From IMG/VR virus record IMGVR_UViG_3300025890_000005: a stretch of DNA of 42,073 nucleotides. One strand, written 5' to 3'. Below the pieces are notes generated by a model that saw nothing but the letters and a program-made list of their open reading frames with translations, made no database searches and had not been told where the DNA came from. Below are positions 31,378 through 39,196 of the stretch, piece after piece (the stretch's first letter is position 1; every line of letters begins with the position of its first letter). The position numbers and the translations under genes are program-made. The DNA comes from a virus.

Positions 31378-31502
31378 TGGCTAAGAAACCAACTAAGAAG
31401 AAGGCACCAGCGGGTTATCACTATATGCCTGATGGTAAACTGATGAAGGGTTCCAAACACCCAGCAAAGAAAAAGACTGCTAAAAAGAAGTCAGGTTATT
31501 AA
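31377..31502 (+). CDS. Lys-rich micro-protein (41 aa; not in the ORF track)
   Basis: TGATG overlap. Translates to MAKKPTKKKAPAGYHYMPDGKLMKGSKHPAKKKTAKKKSGY. The terminator hairpin follows directly. Confidence 0.45.
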   Translation: MAKKPTKKKAPAGYHYMPDGKLMKGSKHPAKKKTAKKKSGY

Positions 31503-31508
31503 GTGAGT

Positions 31509-31545
31509 AAGCCCCAAGGAGAAATCCAAGGGGCTTTACTTTTAT
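31509..31545. terminator. hairpin terminator at the convergence point of the two arms
   Basis: AAGCCCC-AA-GGA [GAAA] TCC-AA-GGGGCTT is followed by TACTTTTATT. It lies 7 nt after the last plus-strand stop and 9 nt from the phoH stop. Confidence 0.7.
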
Positions 31546-32256
31546 TCAGATGTTTTCTTTCATGAAGACCTTGACCCACTGAGCACAGATGTCACTCCTG
31601 ACAATATCCTCTACACCAAACTCAATGATAGGCACAGGTAGCATATGTTTCTTAGCTAAGTGTATGACCTTTGAGAGGCCATCAGCCTCCTTCAGGTCGG
31701 ACTGTTGGACATCTCCGTTAAGAACGATAGTTGAACCCTCTCCCACCCGTGTGAGCAACATTTTTAACTCATGAGTGGTGATGTTCTGTGTCTCGTCCAC
31801 GATTATGAAGGCATTATCGAAGCTACGCCCACGCATAAGTGCAAGAGGTGCCATCTCAATGTTACCATTCTTGATCCCTGTCTCCACTGTTCCTTTACCA
31901 AGGTGCTTCTCCAATACGTCTAATACAGGTAAGGCCCATGGCATAGTCTTCTCTGTCAGGTCACCCTTTAGAAAGCCTAGATCCTTACCTACGGCTACAT
32001 GAGGACGAGTGATGACTATTCGATCAATCGCTTTAATCGTGTATAAATCCGATGCCACCGTTGCCGTAACGTAAGTCTTACCTGTTCCAGCCGGACCAAG
32101 AACAAATACTTGAGATGAAGATGATAGGGCATTAATGAACTCCTTTTGTTTGTCTGTTCTAGGTGTTAACCCAGATGTTTTCTTATCACTAGCCCCCTTG
32201 TAGTTTGTTTTACGCCGTGTCTTTGAAGGCTTTGTAAGGGGTTCTACATTGTTCAT
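31546..32256 (-). CDS. phoH: PhoH-like ATPase
   Basis: Walker A GPAGTGKT and IIVDETQN. Typical PhoH length of 236 aa. Confidence 0.9.
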   Translation of the reverse strand: MNNVEPLTKPSKTRRKTNYKGASDKKTSGLTPRTDKQKEFINALSSSSQVFVLGPAGTGKTYVTATVASDLYTIKAIDRIVITRPHVAVGKDLGFLKGDLTEKTMPWALPVLDVLEKHLGKGTVETGIKNGNIEMAPLALMRGRSFDNAFIIVDETQNITTHELKMLLTRVGEGSTIVLNGDVQQSDLKEADGLSKVIHLAKKHMLPVPIIEFGVEDIVRSDICAQWVKVFMKENI

Positions 32257-32699
32257 AGTTTAATTAACTCCGCTTCAGTGTAAGGAATGTGGAAGAACTT
32301 CTCACCCTTCTGGATGTATCTACCCTTAGCTTCTTTCAAACTATCTTTTGTTAATAGGGTATCCTTAATCCGCCATGCCTGTTTGAAGTCAGGACGAAAG
32401 ATGTAGAAGTTAAGGACACCGTTGATGCCTTCGTGTTTGTCTAGCAGTCGTTGTTTGCGTTCAGGTATACGGATGTCTGTCCAGTGTGTAGGCCAGTCCT
32501 CCTTCCACGCAGTCTTAACCTCTACCTCATTGTAGTAGGTGTAGTCACCCTTCTGAGACACTACATCAACATTGTAGTTCTCTTCGTTGTTAACTATGGT
32601 GTGACCCTTACTCTCTAAATGAAATACCAAGGCGTTACGGGCCGGGGCATCGTATGCTTCATACAAAGCACGATTAAAAGTCTTTCTTACAGCACTCAT
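32253..32699 (-). CDS. hypothetical protein (148 aa), possible PD-(D/E)XK fold
   Basis: ATGA overlaps at both ends. VDVV...YNEVEVK fits a D...ExK pattern. Confidence 0.6.
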   Translation of the reverse strand: MSAVRKTFNRALYEAYDAPARNALVFHLESKGHTIVNNEENYNVDVVSQKGDYTYYNEVEVKTAWKEDWPTHWTDIRIPERKQRLLDKHEGINGVLNFYIFRPDFKQAWRIKDTLLTKDSLKEAKGRYIQKGEKFFHIPYTEAELIKL

Positions 32700-32941
32700 T
32701 CTAACGCACCTTCCTTAACCCCGATCAAGTTCTTTAACTCAGAATACCCTCCAATGTATGTCCCATCAGAAGAGAAAATCTGAGGGACTGTCTTACGTCC
32801 TGCTTGCTTTAACAAGGTAAGCACCCACTTAGAGCTAGGGCTTTGTACGTTATACTCTGTGTAGCCTTGCCCTGCTCCTTTCAACAGGGCTTTGGCTGAA
32901 TCACAGAAGTTACATTGGTCACGAGTGATGATGGTGTACAT
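32696..32941 (-). CDS. glutaredoxin-like protein
   Basis: 81 aa with a CNFC redox motif and TVPQIF..G.YIGGYSEL. Confidence 0.8.
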   Translation of the reverse strand: MYTIITRDQCNFCDSAKALLKGAGQGYTEYNVQSPSSKWVLTLLKQAGRKTVPQIFSSDGTYIGGYSELKNLIGVKEGALE

Positions 32942-32950
32942 TGTTATTCC

Positions 32951-34855
32951 TTATACTAGGTCTACGATTTCACATGAGTCACCAGAGCAAGCAAGTGTCT
33001 GGCTACCAGCTGTGTTGTCTTCTTGTTCATAGTCCGACAGGCTTGACCAGTCAATAGCTTTAGGCATGGTAGCCAAAAGAGTTTCATAGTCTGACTTATC
33101 ACACTCTTGATAAGGTGCCTGTTGGTAAGTGTGTTCATTAAACGGTAGGAAGGATACCCCTGACATTTCATCGAAGTGCTTATAAACGAAAGCACCTACC
33201 TCAAACCACTCGTCATTCTTGACGTTGATAGTCACCGATGGTTTATGTTCACACCATGACCGTTGATAAGCTAACCACATCTCTAACTGCTCAATGGCTG
33301 TCATGTCTGAGGTTGTCACAGCACCAGCTGGAGCCTTCATAGGGAAACTAAACACTGTAGTAGCATCTGGTTTCATTACGTCTGGCTCGTTAGGAATGCC
33401 TTGGTCCTTCATGAACTGTGTCAAGGGGTCTTTGTTGTCTCCTCTGACGGTTCGGATGTAGTAAGCACTGTGTCTGGCGTGAATCCCAGAGGCTGAGTCA
33501 ACGAGTTGGCTGACTGTTCCCGATGGCTTAACACAGCTAATAGCAGTAGCAACAGGAATACCAAGGCGGCCAGCCCACTCAGCGTTAGTTTCAACTGCAA
33601 TCCATTTAAGATGTTCAAGGGTCTTCTCCAATCCTGCGTTTTTAGTTGTCATTAGTGGGTTGTCCATGATCCCTGTCATTGAGACACCCAGTAGTCGTTC
33701 TTCTTCTGTGTTCTTCTGCCATATCTTACGGAGATAAGGGAACTTTGTAAAGGAAGATTGTATCGTACCAAGGATGGTAGCCATACGAACCTTCTTCTCT
33801 AGGTCTTCAATACTATCTGTTGCCCGTACCACGCACTCCGTTAGGTTGCAAAACTGATTTGGGCGCAAGATGATTTCCGAACACGGGTTGGTCCCAAAGT
33901 CATAGTCAGCATCACGGCGTCCATTCTTAGCTGCCTGTACCTTAGAAGCCTGACGGTTAAAGATACCACGTTCACCTGAGCCTGACTCAACCAAGGCCAT
34001 CCACTCACGCATGAAGGATAGACTGTCTGGTTTCTCCGTGTAGGATACAGAGTTGTTAGCCAAGGCACGTTGGGGGTTGTTCTCCCACCATGCGCCTGAC
34101 TTAGCATGACGCATACGGTCATCACTCAAGTTAGACAGAGAGATCATAGCACTGCGGCGTACACCACCAACCACTACCACTTCACCGATCTTGCACATGA
34201 TGTCGTGGCACTCAAGAGAAGACAGCTTACGGCCTTGTGCTTCCTTGAAGGTACGGATCGTAAAGTTAAACAGATCAACTAAGGGTGCAGGACCAGAGGC
34301 ACGTCCACCAAAGGTCTTGAGTTTAGCACCAGCTGGACGAACCTTAGACACATCCCACTGAGCAATCTCACCACTATAAAGGAGTGCAATCAATTGACGG
34401 AACCCCTTAGCCCAACCTTCCTTGCTGTCCTTAACGACAATGATCGACTCACTCTCGAAGAGTTGAGGCACCTCTGGGAGCTTGCTGATGAACTGTCTCT
34501 CGACACTGAACCCGACACCAGTACCACAGAGGAGGATAAACATAGCCTCATCGAAGGACTTAAGGTCATCTACGGGTAGGTATGAACAGTTGTACCCTGC
34601 CGTGTTGTCCCGTGCCAAAGCAGGGCCAGCTGTCATTAAGGCTCTCATAGATGGCATGACATCCAGTGACAGGATAGCCTGTTCGATCTCCTTGGTGTAG
34701 CTGTCCTTGCCGATATTAGGGTAAACGAGGTTATCCATGTAACGTGATACTGTCTCACCCCATGTCTCACGGCGTCCTTCTTCTTCCAACCAACGGGCAT
34801 ACCGTGACTTGTGGATGAATGACTGATAGTCTGTTGGTAGTTGGTTGCTACTCAT
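32951..34855 (-). CDS. ribonucleotide reductase, single large subunit, probably class II (NrdJ-like)
   Basis: 634 aa. TNPCSEI active-site loop, a C-terminal CSGDSC pair, and KTFGGRASGP. No nrdB or activase partner is present in the genome. Confidence 0.8.
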   Translation of the reverse strand: MSSNQLPTDYQSFIHKSRYARWLEEEGRRETWGETVSRYMDNLVYPNIGKDSYTKEIEQAILSLDVMPSMRALMTAGPALARDNTAGYNCSYLPVDDLKSFDEAMFILLCGTGVGFSVERQFISKLPEVPQLFESESIIVVKDSKEGWAKGFRQLIALLYSGEIAQWDVSKVRPAGAKLKTFGGRASGPAPLVDLFNFTIRTFKEAQGRKLSSLECHDIMCKIGEVVVVGGVRRSAMISLSNLSDDRMRHAKSGAWWENNPQRALANNSVSYTEKPDSLSFMREWMALVESGSGERGIFNRQASKVQAAKNGRRDADYDFGTNPCSEIILRPNQFCNLTECVVRATDSIEDLEKKVRMATILGTIQSSFTKFPYLRKIWQKNTEEERLLGVSMTGIMDNPLMTTKNAGLEKTLEHLKWIAVETNAEWAGRLGIPVATAISCVKPSGTVSQLVDSASGIHARHSAYYIRTVRGDNKDPLTQFMKDQGIPNEPDVMKPDATTVFSFPMKAPAGAVTTSDMTAIEQLEMWLAYQRSWCEHKPSVTINVKNDEWFEVGAFVYKHFDEMSGVSFLPFNEHTYQQAPYQECDKSDYETLLATMPKAIDWSSLSDYEQEDNTAGSQTLACSGDSCEIVDLV

Positions 34856-35049
34856 TCCCCACGTCCTCGCATAGTTTTATCTTCTTCTAACCAGACCATC
34901 CGGTCAATGTCTTCACGGCTAATGCCGATGTCTTTTAGTTCTCTGTCTGACAAACGGTTCAGAATCTTGACTGCTTGCCGATGCTCTGACCACATCACGC
35001 AGTATCGCATGAACCTTACGAGTATATTGTTTACCCACTTCTGTTTCAT
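34852..35049 (-). CDS. DUF1127-family mini-protein (65 aa)
   Basis: W..HRQAVKILNRLSDRELKDIGISREDI matches the DUF1127 signature (L.LSDReL.DIGisR.dI). ATGA overlaps with mazG and the RNR gene. Confidence 0.75.
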   Translation of the reverse strand: MKQKWVNNILVRFMRYCVMWSEHRQAVKILNRLSDRELKDIGISREDIDRMVWLEEDKTMRGRGE

Positions 35050-35402
35050 CTGTTATCCCCTGACCCTTTAATCATACCACGTTTAGCACGATCATTCAAC
35101 TTGTCCATGTTGGTTTGCATAACCTCGTTGAGGTTACTGTAGAAGTAATTAGATAGTGCTGTAGCATAGAATACCACATCTCCTAACTCCTTTACAATCT
35201 CTTTCTGACTAACCTTTGTGTTGTCCCTGAGATACTTCTTAACCTTCTCAGCCACCTCACCAGCCTCACCCACTAGACCAAGAGTGTTCTCAATCAAACG
35301 GGTATCTCCTTTAGTTACAATCTTATCCTCTACCCAATACGAGTAGTCCATAGGTGTAACGTCTATGATCTTGAAGGCATCAATGTCTTCCTGTGTAATC
35401 AT
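35046..35402 (-). CDS. mazG: MazG-type nucleoside triphosphate pyrophosphohydrolase
   Basis: GLVGEAGEVAEKVKK and ELGDVVFY motifs. Confidence 0.8.
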   Translation of the reverse strand: MITQEDIDAFKIIDVTPMDYSYWVEDKIVTKGDTRLIENTLGLVGEAGEVAEKVKKYLRDNTKVSQKEIVKELGDVVFYATALSNYFYSNLNEVMQTNMDKLNDRAKRGMIKGSGDNR

Positions 35403-35578
35403 TCGTAGTCCTCTATCTTTGTTGTAAACCCGTGGTCAATATCTGACAAAGAGCTTAGGTTGTCAACTATTTCATCTGCGAAAGCCTGTATAAACATGTA
35501 AGGTGTAATGCCACAGGCGTCTGCTATCTCTTCAATACTGAACCTTTCAGTAATTCGAGTAGTCAAATCCTCATTCAT
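35399..35578 (-). CDS. micro-protein (59 aa; below the track cutoff), HTH-like
   Basis: Fully hand-translated as MNEDLTTRITERFSIEEIADACGITPYMFIQAFADEIVDNLSSLSDIDHGFTTKIEDYE. GAGGA lies 8 nt upstream. The stop overlaps the mazG ATG. Confidence 0.45.
   Translation of the reverse strand: MNEDLTTRITERFSIEEIADACGITPYMFIQAFADEIVDNLSSLSDIDHGFTTKIEDYE
35438..35466 (-). promoter_or_regulatory. candidate internal promoter TTGACA(AC)-N17-GATATT upstream of mazG
   Basis: The minus strand reads TTGACA at 35466-35461 and GATATT at 35443-35438. It has the same TTGACAAC -35 as the late promoters. Confidence 0.4.
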
Positions 35579-35972
35579 TTAACCATTCCTCTGGTATCTC
35601 CTTGTCTGCGTAAAGGAACCCGTTCTTGTTACACCAGTCACCGTATGAAGACTTAGCACCCTTGTATAACTTAGCACGACTGTTACTAAAGACGAACCTG
35701 ATGTCATGTTCTGTCCCGTATTGTCGTTTAATTTCAAGGTGTTTGCGTCTATCTGCTGCTGTGAAGCGGCCCTTGGTTTCTACTATGATGCCGTTGTGTA
35801 GAACAAAGTCAGGTGTGTAAGTCCTGATCTTAAAGTCTTCCCACTTGATCTTGGTCTCTTCGTAGGTGTACTTTACTTTCTTCTTCTTTAACATCTTAGC
35901 CGTTTGTTCCTCAAGGCCAGACCTATACCCAGCCTTGAGTGCTCTTTGTCTTGTGGTTAACTTCCTAGCCAA
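35571..35972 (-). CDS. T7 endonuclease I-type Holliday junction resolvase
   Basis: RSGLEEQTAKML...YTPDFVLHNGIIVETKG...DRRKHLEIKRQY...IRFVFSNSRAKLYKG aligns closely with T7 gp3. TTG start with GGAGA 6 nt upstream. Confidence 0.85.
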   Translation of the reverse strand: MARKLTTRQRALKAGYRSGLEEQTAKMLKKKKVKYTYEETKIKWEDFKIRTYTPDFVLHNGIIVETKGRFTAADRRKHLEIKRQYGTEHDIRFVFSNSRAKLYKGAKSSYGDWCNKNGFLYADKEIPEEWLNE

Positions 35973-36837
35973 TGTCTATCTCCGCAACCCTTGGTTCCTT
36001 CACCACCTTGGTGAGGTACAAGGGGAACGGCATAGCTGCATACTTGTAACCCTTGAGACCCTGACCATCGTTAGCATCTTTCCAACACTCCTTCTTGAAG
36101 TCACAGAAGACGCAGCCAATAGCCAGCTTCTCATTACCTGTCTTGTAGTCAAACTCAACCTCGTAGCACCGTTCAGGTGGTGTGTCAGAGGCTAAGACTT
36201 CTTTCAATTCAGTGACACGTTCTTGTGTGTCGGGTAGTAAGTCATCAGATGGTTGGTAAAGAACGAGTGAACCATCCACCTTATTCATGGCCCAGAAAGC
36301 TACACCCTTGTTATCAGGGACAGCCTCACTGTAGGCAGAGATTTGCTGCATGTATCCGAATGGATCATCAACAGCTAGGCTTGCCTGAGAAAACTTCTTG
36401 AAGGCGGAAGGGGAAGCAGACTTTACATCGACTACATGACCATCAATCACTGCGTCCATGTGTCCTGTAATACCTGCGACCTTCACCTTGTGTTGCTCAT
36501 TTGTCACACTGTGACCAGAAAGTTTAGCTAACGTAAGAAGTATCTCTTCGATGATGTCCCCGTACAGAAACTTGAGTAGCTTGTCACCAGTCATAACCTC
36601 ACGGCTGTGTCCCTTACTGTCATACCATAGTTGACGAGAAGGTTTACCGATTGCTGATAGACGTAGTGTTGCTCCCTTTCCTGTACGAGGTTTCAAACGA
36701 GAACGGAGTAAGTCTTTGAGACTGTCCCCAAAGGTATCAATAACCTTCTCGCTTTCTTCTGTCGATGTGTAACCATCAGTCAACACAGCATAGACATCTT
36801 CGATTAGGGTATCAATACCTTTGGGTAGGTCTGTCAT
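35965..36837 (-). CDS. PD-(D/E)XK exonuclease, Cas4/RecB-like, with C-terminal Cys cluster
   Basis: GHMDAVIDGHVVDVKS (D..D.K), QQISAY (QxxxY), and C-x17-C-x2-C-x5-C at the C-terminus. Confidence 0.7.
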   Translation of the reverse strand: MTDLPKGIDTLIEDVYAVLTDGYTSTEESEKVIDTFGDSLKDLLRSRLKPRTGKGATLRLSAIGKPSRQLWYDSKGHSREVMTGDKLLKFLYGDIIEEILLTLAKLSGHSVTNEQHKVKVAGITGHMDAVIDGHVVDVKSASPSAFKKFSQASLAVDDPFGYMQQISAYSEAVPDNKGVAFWAMNKVDGSLVLYQPSDDLLPDTQERVTELKEVLASDTPPERCYEVEFDYKTGNEKLAIGCVFCDFKKECWKDANDGQGLKGYKYAAMPFPLYLTKVVKEPRVAEIDIG

Positions 36838-36846
36838 GTTATCTCC

Positions 36847-37383
36847 TTACTCGAATGCAATTTCCATCTCTTCTGATGGTGCAGCCTCTACAGCTGCGTT
36901 AGTCTGGACGTTAGACTTGATGACTGCTGATGGTGCATCGAAGTCTACTAGCTCCATGACCTGACAGAAATCAAAGAACATCTCCTTGGTTTCGTGGTTC
37001 ATGTCTGAGAGATGTCCCAGCTTGATGATGTTACCGTAGTTGCTGTTGCCGATAGAGACAAACATGTTTACCTTTGAACCATTCCCAATCAATGCCTCAG
37101 TTGGGTTACCGTTGCTGTCGTAGACCTCACCGTAACGTGTCCACCCACCCCGTGTCTTCTCGTCAAGACCGATCTGAATGAATCGAGCACCATCGAATGT
37201 AGTGTCCTTACCTTCCTTCACTTTCTTGTTGAGTTTGAAGTCAGTCATAAGACGTTCAAGTTGATCGTTCATCTTGATTGCAACTGTGTACTCCAACTCT
37301 TCTGCCATGTATTTGTTGGTTGGCTCTTGCAATTTAGCCCAGCAAACTTCAACATCTTTGAGTACGATTTTCTTATCTGCCAT
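36847..37383 (-). CDS. single-stranded DNA-binding protein (T7 gp2.5-like)
   Basis: 178 aa from ATG 37383 (AAAGGAAA SD). Acidic C-terminal tail ...APSEEMEIAFE with an aromatic residue. Sits next to the DNA polymerase gene. Confidence 0.6.
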   Translation of the reverse strand: MADKKIVLKDVEVCWAKLQEPTNKYMAEELEYTVAIKMNDQLERLMTDFKLNKKVKEGKDTTFDGARFIQIGLDEKTRGGWTRYGEVYDSNGNPTEALIGNGSKVNMFVSIGNSNYGNIIKLGHLSDMNHETKEMFFDFCQVMELVDFDAPSAVIKSNVQTNAAVEAAPSEEMEIAFE

Positions 37384-37416
37384 GTAATTTCCTTTCTGGC
37401 GTTGGTCTGTTTGATT

Positions 37417-37445
37417 ATAATACACTGAGTAGAGCACCATGTCAA
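37417..37445 (-). promoter_or_regulatory. sigma70 promoter TTGACA-N17-TATTAT between the DNA polymerase and SSB genes
   Basis: The minus strand reads TTGACA at 37445-37440, overlapping the polymerase stop codon (37444-37442), and TATTAT at 37422-37417. CAGTG precedes the -10, as in the late promoters. Confidence 0.65.
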
Positions 37446-39193
37446 TGGGTTTCTAGCCAGTTCTTACCTATTTTTGCCTCACCATCCATAGGACAGTTTA
37501 GCTTGAAGAACTTACCAGCATCAACAATAGACTGGACCTGTATCTCTCCTAGTCTGTGAGCTTGGTGTTCGTCAACTTCTGTTTGCCATTCGTCATGCAC
37601 CCATGCACATTGCTTGAAGTTAATCCCTTCCTTCTTGGCTTGGCGTTGCCAGAAGAGATTAGCTAGGCGCATGATGACTGTCTCCCCTCCCTGTAGGTAA
37701 ACAGAGAGAGCAAGATGCTCACTGCCAATGGATAGGATACGCCCGTCAAGACCCTTCATCCAACCCATACTAGCAGCACGAGATGCCTCACTCTTTAGTC
37801 GCTTGAGTGTGGGCAGTGCCTCATAAAAGTTTTGCATAGACTTGTTAGCTTGTGCTGCATTGCACCCAAGTATCTCTGCAATCTTACCTACCCCTGCCCC
37901 TAGTAGGAAGGCGTAGATAAATGTCTTGGCTGTGGGCCTGTCCTTACAGAACTTACCCAGCGCATTCATGTTAAACGTGTGGATGTCACCGTCAATCACT
38001 TGCTCAGTGTAAACAGGATCGTTCATGTAGTGGGCAAGCACTCGCAACTGAATCCCTGCTGCATCCGTACCCACAAGCAACTTACCCTCAGGAACCTTGA
38101 ACACTTGCCGACACTCAGCAGCATACAAGCCATCCATCTTCCACAGGATACCATCCTTACCGTGAGGTACGGACGGGATGTTAGCCATGTTAGGGCCACG
38201 GTGTGCTGCACGATGTGTAACAGCACCGGGTGTGATGACCCTGCCGTGTACCCTACCGTCTACCTGAGAGCCTTGTAGCCATTCAGAGGCCAGCTTCCAA
38301 CGTGTCTCCAGTACCTTCCATACCTTGAGACCCTTCACTGCCTGAGGAGCTGAGTCAGGGATGGTTGCTAAATTTTCTGGGCAAATTTTATATGAATCAC
38401 CAGACTTTGTTTTGACTGTTGGCTTCCAGCCCAGCTTATCAAGGCGCTTGTTGATCTGTGTAGGTGATGCAAGATTGAACTCCTCCCACATGATCTTGGT
38501 GTAGTCACCCTGAACATTACAACCCTCAAGCAATTGGTTGGCAAAGATAGAGCCATCCTTCTTGTGCTTCAAGATAACTTCCTTGACGGGTACTGCGATA
38601 GGAACCATGAACTCCTTGATCTCTGCCTCAATGCGGTTAGTCTCAGCAAGGCATGTCGTATAGATTTCTTCTGCTAGATCAGTGTCAAGCTCAAATCCGT
38701 TAACCTCCTGCTCACACATGATGGCATGGATTTGATGCTCAAGGTTGATAGAAGACTGACTAAACTTAGCACCTTCCTTCATCAACTCCTGATAGACTAG
38801 CTCAGTAACCTTAACATCTTGCTTGCAGTATTCCTTCATCTCTTCTGAATACTGAGACCAGTCATTGAACTCACCCTTGTATTCTCCAAGACGTTTACCC
38901 CAATCCTCAAGGCGGTGACCACCCTTACGGGTAGGATCAAACAGGCGAGACAGTACAAGAGTGTCAACTGTTTTAGACAGTGGGATTTTGTAACCCCATA
39001 ACTTCTCTACTACCTTGTTGTCAAACCCTACTCCGTTGTGAGCAATCCACTTGGTTACCTTGGGTGCAAATTTAGCAAAGGCTTTAGGGCCACGGATAAT
39101 GTAGTTACCCTTGACACCTACCTCCTTGGCTACCATGAGATGAATGGCTGTAGGGTTCAAGCCATCAGTCTCAATGTCGAACACTACCTCCAT
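37442..39193 (-). CDS. family A DNA polymerase (T7-like, with 3'-5' exonuclease)
   Basis: Exo I FDIETDGL; motif A GTDAAGIQLRVLAHY; motif B RPTAKTFIYAFLLGAG; motif C WVHDEWQ. Confidence 0.9.
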   Translation of the reverse strand: MEVVFDIETDGLNPTAIHLMVAKEVGVKGNYIIRGPKAFAKFAPKVTKWIAHNGVGFDNKVVEKLWGYKIPLSKTVDTLVLSRLFDPTRKGGHRLEDWGKRLGEYKGEFNDWSQYSEEMKEYCKQDVKVTELVYQELMKEGAKFSQSSINLEHQIHAIMCEQEVNGFELDTDLAEEIYTTCLAETNRIEAEIKEFMVPIAVPVKEVILKHKKDGSIFANQLLEGCNVQGDYTKIMWEEFNLASPTQINKRLDKLGWKPTVKTKSGDSYKICPENLATIPDSAPQAVKGLKVWKVLETRWKLASEWLQGSQVDGRVHGRVITPGAVTHRAAHRGPNMANIPSVPHGKDGILWKMDGLYAAECRQVFKVPEGKLLVGTDAAGIQLRVLAHYMNDPVYTEQVIDGDIHTFNMNALGKFCKDRPTAKTFIYAFLLGAGVGKIAEILGCNAAQANKSMQNFYEALPTLKRLKSEASRAASMGWMKGLDGRILSIGSEHLALSVYLQGGETVIMRLANLFWQRQAKKEGINFKQCAWVHDEWQTEVDEHQAHRLGEIQVQSIVDAGKFFKLNCPMDGEAKIGKNWLETH

Positions 39194-39196
39194 GTC

